A DNA stretch of 64,000 bases from a virus, in the IMG/VR virus record IMGVR_UViG_3300035698_003810, positions 1 through 64,000 of that record; one strand, 5' to 3'. The notes under the pieces were generated by a model. That model had not been told where the DNA came from. It did not search any database and saw nothing but the letters and a program-made list of their open reading frames with translations. Shown piece after piece: positions 9,558 to 18,199 of the stretch (position 1 is the first letter of the stretch; every line of letters begins with the position of its first letter). Position numbers and translations under genes: made by a program.

Positions 9558-10451
9558 ATGTTAACATATTACTATCCAAGAACATTAAAACAAATTAGCG
9601 TTGCCATTCTGAACATGTTTAATGATATGAAAGTTATTAAGTATGATAAGGATGGCAATGCCATAATTGAGAGAAAGATTCCAATAACATGGGGGCCGGT
9701 AGAGAAATATCATCAAGATAGAATCGAAGACCATTATGTTGATAAGGATGGCGTTCAGCATAATTTTAAATATTACCCTTCATTACCACGGATGGCCTTG
9801 GTATTGAATGGTATTGTTCATAATCCTGATAGAGCCACGGGTGTAAACCAATGGAGAAATTGGTTTAAGGAATCGTTAGCAATTAGTGGTACTGGTGCTG
9901 AAATCGATACTGTTATTACCGATTATCAACCAGCACCATACGATTACAATTTTACATTGTATATTAAAACAGATTCAACAGATTATTTAGCACAAATACT
10001 TGAAAATATACTCCCATATTTTAATCCTTCATTACAATTACGTGTAAAGGAATTTTCATTTTTAAATATCGAAAGAGATTTACAAGTGACAATGGATGGT
10101 GTTAATCCAGAGTTTGTTGATGATATGGGTGAAACTGATACGAAATTTGTAAATGCGTCAATCAATCTCACTGTTAAGGGGTGGGCGTATAGAAAATTTT
10201 TATATTCTAAGATTATTAAAATTATTAATACAAAATATTGGCTTCAAGACACTGGAGTATATCTTGAAGGTTTTAGTGTTAGTGGTGTTCAGACATCTGG
10301 TGCAACGGCAACAACATCAGGAACTCCAATTGATGTGGGTGCAATTCCATTATCAGGAACATATTATGTGAGTGCATCATATCTTGACCAAAGTAAAGAA
10401 TTTGATTGGTTCCAAACATATCGTAGTACGAGTGGTTTTGGGTTATTGTAA
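9558..10451 (+). CDS. gp15: tail sheath stabiliser/terminator (T4 gp15-like)
   Basis: MLTYYY...K......FND, IPITWGP.EK, LPRM, PAPYD..F.L, QILENILPYFNP. Confidence 0.93.
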   Translation: MLTYYYPRTLKQISVAILNMFNDMKVIKYDKDGNAIIERKIPITWGPVEKYHQDRIEDHYVDKDGVQHNFKYYPSLPRMALVLNGIVHNPDRATGVNQWRNWFKESLAISGTGAEIDTVITDYQPAPYDYNFTLYIKTDSTDYLAQILENILPYFNPSLQLRVKEFSFLNIERDLQVTMDGVNPEFVDDMGETDTKFVNASINLTVKGWAYRKFLYSKIIKIINTKYWLQDTGVYLEGFSVSGVQTSGATATTSGTPIDVGAIPLSGTYYVSASYLDQSKEFDWFQTYRSTSGFGLL

Positions 10452-10460
10452 GGAGAATTT

Positions 10461-11012
10461 ATGTTAGATTTAAGTGGTGCATTCGAAGGATTAGATGAAG
10501 CGTTTGATACTGTATATGAAGAAAACACACAGTTTACAGATACAATACCATCAGATGATATGATATCAAACACTGCTGTTGCGTTACGTGATAGACCTGA
10601 CGTGCCGATGGAAGTGACCGATGATAACGAAACACTGAGAGATACTGATTTTGTTTCTCACGAAATAAAAGGGTTATTGGAATCAAGTAAATCTGTTTTA
10701 GATAGATTGGATGCAGATATAGTAATTGGAAGTCAACCGAGAATGTATGAAGTTTATTCTCAATTGACAAATTCTATAACTGCTCAATTAAAAGAATTGA
10801 GGCAGTTGCATGAATCAGTTGCTAAAATAAAATTAGACAAAGGTAAGACGAAATTAGCCGATGTGGGTTCAACTAATAATATTTCATTATCATCTGAGCA
10901 ATTAATTGATATTGTGAATGCTGCAAAAAAGGATAGTGAAATAAATCAAATTGATGCAGATTTTGAAATTAGTGATGAAGATATATTGCCAACAATAGAT
11001 GATGAAGAATAA
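10461..11012 (+). CDS. gp16: terminase small subunit (T4 gp16-like)
   Basis: PRMYEV..QL and TNNI...S.EQL motifs; position upstream of terL. Confidence 0.85.
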   Translation: MLDLSGAFEGLDEAFDTVYEENTQFTDTIPSDDMISNTAVALRDRPDVPMEVTDDNETLRDTDFVSHEIKGLLESSKSVLDRLDADIVIGSQPRMYEVYSQLTNSITAQLKELRQLHESVAKIKLDKGKTKLADVGSTNNISLSSEQLIDIVNAAKKDSEINQIDADFEISDEDILPTIDDEE

Positions 11013-11523
11013 AATATGGACATCGTATGATGCAATTAAGCATCGGTGGTTTAAAAAAGAATTTCAAGTTGATGGTATTAAATTTATTTTAAATTTAGAT
11101 AATTTTGTTGTTGATAAAATCGATAAGATTTTCAATATCGATTTTGTAAAGATTGTTGATAATAAAATGATAAGAGATATAACAAACACAGGTAGACCAT
11201 TTAAAATATTAAATGAAGTAACCAACCTTATTGAAACCTGTTTAATACAAAATAAAAATATTGACCCTAATGGTTTTTTCTTTATAGCGAAGGAACCAAG
11301 TAGACAAAGAGTGTATAAAAGATATGCACAAACTATTGTTGATAAGTATGGTGATGAATTTATAAAAGTTGAAGATTATTCTAATTTTAAATTATTAAAA
11401 GATTATGATGATGGTGAGCTTTTTCTTTTTATTAAACGAGATATTTACAATAGGAAATATAATGAGAATAGGGAAAGAAAATATTATAACAATGAGGAAA
11501 AAAGGTGTGGGGGAAGATTGTAA
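10999..11523 (+). CDS. hypothetical protein between terS and terL
   Basis: 174-aa ORF; TG..FKI...V and F.AK..SR...Y pattern recalled from T4-like hypotheticals. Confidence 0.6.
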   Translation: MMKNKIWTSYDAIKHRWFKKEFQVDGIKFILNLDNFVVDKIDKIFNIDFVKIVDNKMIRDITNTGRPFKILNEVTNLIETCLIQNKNIDPNGFFFIAKEPSRQRVYKRYAQTIVDKYGDEFIKVEDYSNFKLLKDYDDGELFLFIKRDIYNRKYNENRERKYYNNEEKRCGGRL

Positions 11524-11999
11524 GAACACATGTTAATGATTTTTATAATTTGGTTTTCAGTGAATCTGATAAGTCAAAAAATAATTTAAAAGTTAAAGAT
11601 TATGAAATAATGACAGACATTGGCTGGATTGACATAACAAGTATCAGGGAAGATATTATAAAAGAAAAAATAACAACAGTGACAACTGAAAATTTCATAT
11701 TACATGCGGTACCTGAACAAATCTTTATTGTAGATGAATCAAAGAAAAAAGAGAAGTTAGATAAAATAAAGAACGGTGATTTCATTTCAACAGAATTGGG
11801 ATTAGAAGAAGTTCTTGATGTTACAAAGAAAACTCAAGATGTTGAAGTGTATGATTTGAAAGTTAAAATGGGAAACCCATCAGTTTTTATTGCTGGATTT
11901 GAATTGGCTGAAGGTGATGATGGGGAATTTTCTATTCATGCACCAATTATTGTAGATGTCGTTAGTGAAGATGATAAAATTAAAATTAAAAAACAATAG
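11462..11999 (+). pseudogene. stand-alone degenerate Hint/intein-like domain, apparently split by a +1 frameshift
   Basis: ORF 11505-11999 has intein-like blocks (YEIMTDIGW, IKNGDFISTELGLEEV, VYDLKV); a block-A-like N-terminus MRIGKENIITMRKKGV starts at ATG 11462 in another frame and joins at the G5 run 11509-11513. Confidence 0.65.
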
Positions 12000-12007
12000 G
12001 ATAGTTT

Positions 12008-13537
12008 ATGTTTCAAGGTAATAAGGGTTTACGGTCAGAAGGTGAAAAGATAACTTACACCAGAGAATTGATTGATGAGTATATTAGATGTAAAGAAGAT
12101 ATAATTTATTTTGCTGAACATTATTTTTTCATTACAACGATTGATAAAGGAAAAATTAAAATCCCTTTATGGGATTTTCAGAAGAAAATTTTAAAAGCAT
12201 TTATCAGTCCACCGGAAAAACGTAAACACGTATGTATGATGATGCCGAGACAACAGGGTAAGACAACAATTTCAACTGTTTATCTCTTACACTTTATGCT
12301 TTTTAATAAAGATAAAAATGTTGCTGTGATTGCCAATAAAGAAAAAACTGCATTAGAAATTATGCAGAGAATCAAAATGGCATTTGAGTTGTTACCAACA
12401 TGGTTGCAACAAGGTATCAAAGAAGGTGGATGGAATAAGTCATCAATCAGATTAGAAAATGGTATGACTGCTAAAGCGGCAACAACATCATCTGATTCTA
12501 TTTCTGGTGATACAGTTTCTCTTCTTTACATGGAAGAGTTTGCAAAGGTAAAACCACACATTGCAGAAGAATTCATTACTGCGACATACCCGGTAGTATC
12601 ATCTGGTAAATCTTCAAAGATTATCATGGTGTCAACTCCAGTGGGTATGAATCATTTCTATGAGTTTTGGGCTGGTGCTGTTAGAGGGCCAGATAAAGGT
12701 GGTAATAACTTCTTCCCTATTAAGGTTGGCTGGTGGGAACATCCTGACCGTGATGATGAGTGGAAAGAAGAAATGATTAGAGATATTGGCCCGGTTCGAT
12801 TTAATCAAGAATTTGGGTGTAAATTTCTTGGTTCATCAAATACATTGATAGATGGTGATGTACTTGAAAGAGTGGTATATATACCACCAGTTGCAACAAA
12901 GTGGAATGGTTTATTTACAATCTTTGAAAAACCACAAAAAGAAAAACTTTACATGTTGGGAATTGATACAGGAAAAGGCACAGGGCGTGATAATTCTGTT
13001 ATTCAGGTATTAAGAATCGACAATGAACAGTCGGTGGAACAGGTTGCAATATATAAATATAATAGAATTGATACCCATGAGTTTGCTGAAGTTTGTATTG
13101 CCGTAAGTAAATATTATAATAGTGCTTACATGATGATTGAAAATAATGGTGAGGGTGGTGAAACAGCACAAACTATTTGGTATGAATATGAAAATGAATA
13201 TATTTTGAATTGCGACAAAAAGGGAATTGGCATAAGGTCTACTAAAAAAAGTAAATTAGCTGCCAATTTAAATTTGAAAAGATACCTTGAAAATAAATGG
13301 TTGAAATTAAATGATAGGGATACTGTTGTTGAATTATCTAAATATATAGAGACAACACCAAATGTGTTTAAAGCAGAAACAAGAACTACACACGATGATT
13401 GTGTAACTTCTTTAATTTGGGGGATGTATTTCTTAAAAACACAATTCTTTGATGATAAAGATGTTAGTGTAAAATCTATTGATGATAAGTATGATTTGAG
13501 TGATGGTGATGACACACCATTAATACTTTTCTCATAA
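12008..13537 (+). CDS. gp17: terminase large subunit (T4 gp17-like)
   Basis: Walker A PRQQGKTT, Walker B LLYMEEF, STPVG.NHFY, FNQEFGC.F, nuclease GIDTG.G.G.D, HDDCV. Confidence 0.98.
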   Translation: MFQGNKGLRSEGEKITYTRELIDEYIRCKEDIIYFAEHYFFITTIDKGKIKIPLWDFQKKILKAFISPPEKRKHVCMMMPRQQGKTTISTVYLLHFMLFNKDKNVAVIANKEKTALEIMQRIKMAFELLPTWLQQGIKEGGWNKSSIRLENGMTAKAATTSSDSISGDTVSLLYMEEFAKVKPHIAEEFITATYPVVSSGKSSKIIMVSTPVGMNHFYEFWAGAVRGPDKGGNNFFPIKVGWWEHPDRDDEWKEEMIRDIGPVRFNQEFGCKFLGSSNTLIDGDVLERVVYIPPVATKWNGLFTIFEKPQKEKLYMLGIDTGKGTGRDNSVIQVLRIDNEQSVEQVAIYKYNRIDTHEFAEVCIAVSKYYNSAYMMIENNGEGGETAQTIWYEYENEYILNCDKKGIGIRSTKKSKLAANLNLKRYLENKWLKLNDRDTVVELSKYIETTPNVFKAETRTTHDDCVTSLIWGMYFLKTQFFDDKDVSVKSIDDKYDLSDGDDTPLILFS

Positions 13538-13572
13538 ATATGTGAAATTAAAAGTTTATTAATTAAAAAATA

Positions 13573-13592
13573 TATAAATAATTATATAAATA
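13573..13592 (+). promoter_or_regulatory. two tandem T4-type late promoters
   Basis: TATAAATA at 13573-13580 and 13585-13592 upstream of sheath gene. Confidence 0.85.
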
Positions 13593-13632
13593 GATTATAA
13601 GAATTTTTTGATATTAAAATTAGGAGGTTAAA

Positions 13633-15534
13633 ATGCCAAGAGTATTTTCAACACCGGGTGTATATAGACGTGAGATTGACTTAAGTGAAATTCTTGTTGC
13701 GACAGGTATTTCAAACGGTGCTATAGTGGTAAGAGCACCTAAAGGGCCAATAAGAAGACCAGTACTGATATCTAATGATAAAGAATATGTGGAACTTTTT
13801 GGTAATCCTGTATTTACATCAGGTGCAGGTCTATCAGGTACAGATGCATTAACACCAGAATATGGTTATGGCTCATATGGAGCACTTGAATTTTTAAAAG
13901 AATCATCAACATTGTATGTTGTTAGAGCGTTTGATATATTTGATAGATTTGCTGCAATTCAAGTAGATAATGACGCGACAAGTATTACTACTGATGTATC
14001 TAATGGTATATCAGCATTGACAACTACGCCAGATGTATTCGACACAGCAGATTTAAATTCAAGTGTTGATGATGTTGCAGAATATGCCGTAGAACCTTTA
14101 CTTGTTTCTTTTGTAAGTCCGGGTAAAGAAGGTAATGAATATGCTGTTACAGTAGAAACATTACACCCTGATGCTGATTGGCTTTACAGATATGATGAAT
14201 ATCCAACAGATTCATCAGCAACAACAACAGGACCGGGTTCAATTTGGACAAGTGGTACTTCTGCTGATATTGCAACACATTTCCCTATTGCAAGTAGAGT
14301 ATTTAAAATGAAACTCTATAAGAGACCAACAGCTAAAACATGGGATGAATTGTATTCAAACTCTGCTGATAGAGTAGCAACAAAAATTAGATTGACAGAA
14401 ATAGAATCTTATTATGGAACATTATATCCACAATTAGATGGTGAAGGTAAATCATTATATATTAATGATGTTGTGAATGGAAATTCAAAAATTTTATATG
14501 TTAAAGCTAATGTTGGACAAGCATTCGACTACTCATATGATTTCAGTGCTACAGGTGGGTTGTCTGGTACTCCAGACTTGCCGGGTGGTGTTGATTCTGG
14601 TGGAAACTATGTATTGAATGGAACAAGACTGTGTAAATTACAAAGTGGTGCAACAAATCAAGAAACTGGTTTGGGTAATACTGATAATGAATTCTGGACA
14701 TATTTCAATGACAGAGAAGAATTACCAGTACAGATTTTAATTGGTACATCATATAATACAACAACAAAACAAGCTATGGGTGAACTTGCAGGTAGAAGAT
14801 TTGATTGTATTGGTACTTGTCAAGCAGGTCAATTAAGCGATATCACATACCAACAAGTTCTTGATGCAGAAAGTTATGGATACATTTCACCTTCATACAT
14901 GGCAATCTATGCTGGATATTCAAAAATTTATGATAGCACAAATGATAAATTTGTATATCTCCCAAATAGCATTTATGGTGCAGGATTGTTTGCAAGAGTT
15001 GATAATATTTCTGACCATTGGAATGCCCCTGCTGGTATTGACAGAGCAACACTTGCTGTAGTAGACCAACGTAAGGTTTACAGCCACGACCATATTGGTA
15101 AAATGTATGATAAGAATATTAATACAGTTAAATTTATCAGAGGTACAGGATTTGTGATGTGGGGTCAAAAGACAGCACAACTTAAGAAATCTGCTCTTGA
15201 TAGAATTAATGTAAGAAGAAATTTACTATTCATTGAGAATAACATTGAAATTGCATTGTTACCATTTACATTTGAGAACAATACAGAACAAACAAGATTG
15301 AGAGTTTGGTCATTAGTTGACAACTTCCTTGCAGGGGTTCAAGCTGGTGGTGGATTGACAGACTACGAAGTAGTATGTGATGAAACAAACAATACAGGAA
15401 ACGTAATTGATAATAATCAGATGAATGTGGATATTTATGTACAACCGGTTAGAACTGCGGAATTCATACAGTTTACAACAGTTGTTACAAGAACTGGTAT
15501 CTCATTCAGTGATGTTAAACTCAAGTACGCATAA
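13633..15534 (+). CDS. gp18: tail sheath protein (T4 gp18-like)
   Basis: STPGVY.REID, W.APAG..R, WGQKT, SALDRINVRR, FENN...TR, VVCDETNN, EFI. Confidence 0.97.
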   Translation: MPRVFSTPGVYRREIDLSEILVATGISNGAIVVRAPKGPIRRPVLISNDKEYVELFGNPVFTSGAGLSGTDALTPEYGYGSYGALEFLKESSTLYVVRAFDIFDRFAAIQVDNDATSITTDVSNGISALTTTPDVFDTADLNSSVDDVAEYAVEPLLVSFVSPGKEGNEYAVTVETLHPDADWLYRYDEYPTDSSATTTGPGSIWTSGTSADIATHFPIASRVFKMKLYKRPTAKTWDELYSNSADRVATKIRLTEIESYYGTLYPQLDGEGKSLYINDVVNGNSKILYVKANVGQAFDYSYDFSATGGLSGTPDLPGGVDSGGNYVLNGTRLCKLQSGATNQETGLGNTDNEFWTYFNDREELPVQILIGTSYNTTTKQAMGELAGRRFDCIGTCQAGQLSDITYQQVLDAESYGYISPSYMAIYAGYSKIYDSTNDKFVYLPNSIYGAGLFARVDNISDHWNAPAGIDRATLAVVDQRKVYSHDHIGKMYDKNINTVKFIRGTGFVMWGQKTAQLKKSALDRINVRRNLLFIENNIEIALLPFTFENNTEQTRLRVWSLVDNFLAGVQAGGGLTDYEVVCDETNNTGNVIDNNQMNVDIYVQPVRTAEFIQFTTVVTRTGISFSDVKLKYA

Positions 15535-15535
15535 A

Positions 15536-15543
15536 TATAAATA
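15536..15543 (+). promoter_or_regulatory. T4-type late promoter
   Basis: TATAAATA immediately after sheath stop. Confidence 0.8.
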
Positions 15544-15546
15544 ATA

Positions 15547-15628
15547 GAGAGGGACAGTGGGTTCGAAACCATTTCCTGAAACCTTATCGAGTAAGGATTA
15601 CCTCTCATTTAAAAATTCTGATAAGGAG
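15547..15628 (+). ncRNA. candidate structured cis-regulatory RNA (three-way junction with anti-SD pairing)
   Basis: GAGAGG/CCTCTC closing stem, AGTGG/CCATT hairpin with GTTCGAAA loop, CCTTA/TAAGG hairpin; CCTTATC can alternatively pair with GATAAGG overlapping the downstream SD. Confidence 0.55.
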
Positions 15629-15684
15629 ATTAAAATGAAAGAAGAAAAGAAAGATAACTCTTAAAATATAACAAGGAGATTAAT

Positions 15685-16269
15685 ATGCCGGGCAATCCAT
15701 TAAATTTTAGTATAGAAGGTAGAATGAAGTCATTACCAGATGTCCAAAGAAATTGGATGTGGCAACTGTTAATTCCGGGAATAATCAGTGTAGCACCAAC
15801 TACAGCATTACTTGACATGGAAGATTTACTTATCCGTTGTAGAAGTATAAGTATTCCACCCCGTTCGAATACAGTGACACAATCTGACTTTATGGGAATG
15901 AAACAATTCTTTCCGGGTAAACCCGATGTTGGTGGTGTGGTGGCTGCGACATTTGAAGAAACAGAAGACATGGCAGTAAGAAAAATATTTTGGGAATGGG
16001 AACAAAACATATTCAATGTTAATCCTCAAAGTCCATTGACTGCTGGTAAGTCAAGAAGACCGCTTAAAAGATTATTGACAAGAGACCTCTATTTGGTGAT
16101 GTATGGTTATAATGGTCAACCATTAGACAAATCTATCAGATTTCATAACGCATTCGTACAAAATGTAGCTGATGTTGCATTAGATTATGGTGCAGGTGCT
16201 GCGGTTCAATACACAGTTTCTTTCCAATATGATTTCTGGACATTGTTCCCTGACACTACAACACCCTAA
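15685..16269 (+). CDS. gp19: tail tube protein (T4 gp19-like)
   Basis: Follows sheath; CRS.SIP, F.G.....PG, V.F.YD.W pattern. Confidence 0.88.
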   Translation: MPGNPLNFSIEGRMKSLPDVQRNWMWQLLIPGIISVAPTTALLDMEDLLIRCRSISIPPRSNTVTQSDFMGMKQFFPGKPDVGGVVAATFEETEDMAVRKIFWEWEQNIFNVNPQSPLTAGKSRRPLKRLLTRDLYLVMYGYNGQPLDKSIRFHNAFVQNVADVALDYGAGAAVQYTVSFQYDFWTLFPDTTTP

Positions 16270-16283
16270 TAAGGAGTAGTGTT

Positions 16284-16982
16284 ATGCCACAAATTCCAGC
16301 AACAGCAGGTGAAAGCGGAGTAGGGTTATTTGGTGCAGGAATGACAAATTTCTATGCTAATAAATCTGTACTACCGTCGTGGAAATTTGTAACATACGTA
16401 ACTACAGATAATGACGTATTTAAAGCAGGAGAAAATGCAGGTAAAACAATTGACCCAAAGGTCAAACTTGCATTTTCTCGTATGCGTTACCATCATGTAG
16501 TTGATGTTTCAATTCCAATGTATACATTTGAAAAAGAAGTAACAAGGTATGGCCCTGTAGCAAAAACATACCCAGTATTAAAACACGATGGATTTTCAAT
16601 TAAAATTACATATGAAGATGACCGGAATGGTTATGTTCTTGGTTTAATACATGAGTTGCAAAAAACAATTGTTCATGAAGATGGGTATTATAAAAAATTG
16701 AATGAAAATAAAGTTGGTGATATAAACATTCATTTATACAATCATTTTGGTATTAATGTAGCACAATGGATAGGGAAGAATGCATATTTTCTTGGTGCAG
16801 AAGACTTGACATTAAGTTATGGAAATGACAGCATAATAAAACATGGTGTTACTTTTGGTTGTGATACAATAACATTTAGAAAAAATATTTCAATACCATC
16901 AAATGTACAAAATGCTATAGGTGTCGGGCTAAGTGTAGCCAACGATGTTGCTGCATTAGCTGTACCACGTTTTGGAAGATAA
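16284..16982 (+). CDS. tube-fold baseplate protein (gp54/gp19-like)
   Basis: Tube-like pattern (VSIP, ITYED, LSY....I....VTF..D); position. Confidence 0.6.
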   Translation: MPQIPATAGESGVGLFGAGMTNFYANKSVLPSWKFVTYVTTDNDVFKAGENAGKTIDPKVKLAFSRMRYHHVVDVSIPMYTFEKEVTRYGPVAKTYPVLKHDGFSIKITYEDDRNGYVLGLIHELQKTIVHEDGYYKKLNENKVGDINIHLYNHFGINVAQWIGKNAYFLGAEDLTLSYGNDSIIKHGVTFGCDTITFRKNISIPSNVQNAIGVGLSVANDVAALAVPRFGR

Positions 16983-16993
16983 AAAATACATTA

Positions 16994-17001
16994 TATAAAT
17001 A
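16994..17001 (+). promoter_or_regulatory. T4-type late promoter
   Basis: Intergenic TATAAATA. Confidence 0.8.
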
Positions 17002-17040
17002 TTTATGATAATGTTGAATTAATTTTATAAAGGAGATTTT

Positions 17041-17973
17041 ATGAATATGAGTACGTTACCAGAAAATGGTAATCTTGAAGATGCTGTAAATAAAAATGTA
17101 GACCCTGATGGACAAAAGGTTCTAAAAATGATGGCTCGGATGCAACAGGAAGCTGAACAGAATGTTGATAAACCAGAGTTTAACTCAGCGGTTAATTCTC
17201 CACAGACGATGCATCAAAATAGAAAAGTTGACAATGCAAATTATTGGGAAATAAAAGGATTGCCATCAGGCGGTAGATTGTATCCACCAAATACGTTGAT
17301 TGAAGCGAGACCATTAAAAGTTATTGAAGTAAAAAAATTAGCATCTATCAATGAGACAAATGCTGATTATGTTATTAATGATATAATTAGAAGATGTGTT
17401 AGAGTCAGTGGTGGTATTACAGATGTTGGTGATATTTTATTAGCAGACAAGTTGTTTATTGTTTTCTGGTTGAGAGGTACAACATATAGAGACAGTTCAT
17501 ATATAGTTGATTTTCCATGTCCTAAATGTGAAAAAAACTCAAAGTACCATTTTCAAATTAAAAATTTGGATGTTAGTTATCTTAAAGATGATTATGACCC
17601 TGAAAAATTAATTGAATTAGAAAGTGGTGATGCAATTAAATTAAGATTTTTGAAAATTACAGATGAATTTGAAATTGAAAGATTTGTAGAAATTAATCAA
17701 AAACTGTTGGGTGAAATTGATACTGAATTATTAGCATTGGCATGTATGATTGTTAGCATTAATGGTAATACGGTATCAACATTAGCAGAAAAATATAATT
17801 ACGTATTGGAATTTTCACCAAGGGATTTGTCATACGTGACAACATATCTTGATGAGTATGGAATTGGAATTGAATCAAACATGAATATCGAATGCACTGA
17901 GTGCGGAGGTGTAGTCCCAATGGGCGTAACGTTTCGTGCCGACTTCTTTCTTCCCAAATGTTCCATTAGATGA
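17041..17973 (+). CDS. baseplate hub assembly protein / tail chaperone (gp26-like)
   Basis: LPSGG.LYP, D..F....LR, two CxxC (CPKC, CTEC), ends ..DFFLP. Confidence 0.8.
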   Translation: MNMSTLPENGNLEDAVNKNVDPDGQKVLKMMARMQQEAEQNVDKPEFNSAVNSPQTMHQNRKVDNANYWEIKGLPSGGRLYPPNTLIEARPLKVIEVKKLASINETNADYVINDIIRRCVRVSGGITDVGDILLADKLFIVFWLRGTTYRDSSYIVDFPCPKCEKNSKYHFQIKNLDVSYLKDDYDPEKLIELESGDAIKLRFLKITDEFEIERFVEINQKLLGEIDTELLALACMIVSINGNTVSTLAEKYNYVLEFSPRDLSYVTTYLDEYGIGIESNMNIECTECGGVVPMGVTFRADFFLPKCSIR

Positions 17974-18178
17974 GTTGTGGGAAATCGAATTCCAACTCAA
18001 TATTAATTTCAAATCGTTTGCAAATTACAACAATTTGGAATACTTTGAATTAATATGGCATTATGAGCGATTAGTCGAGTTCCGTAAAAAGGAAAATGAA
18101 CAGACGAGAAACTCCGAAGGTAGAATGTCTCTTAGTAATTTAAGTTCGGGTGTATTCCAAGATATGAATAAAAAATAA
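17936..18178 (+). CDS. gp51-like small protein, probably a frameshift extension of the upstream gene
   Basis: Overlaps gp26-like gene in the +1 frame, no usable SD/ATG, lies immediately before the tape-measure-like gene. Confidence 0.6.
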   Translation: MPTSFFPNVPLDELWEIEFQLNINFKSFANYNNLEYFELIWHYERLVEFRKKENEQTRNSEGRMSLSNLSSGVFQDMNKK

Positions 18179-18199
18179 GAGTAGGAGTATATTTTACTT

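Noticed and set aside
12008-13537. Intein inside terL
   Set aside because: 509 aa with contiguous motifs; no insertion after Walker A
15551-15575. GGTTCGAAACC looks like a tRNA T-arm
   Set aside because: No D-arm, anticodon arm, acceptor stem or CCA; kept only as part of a candidate structured RNA
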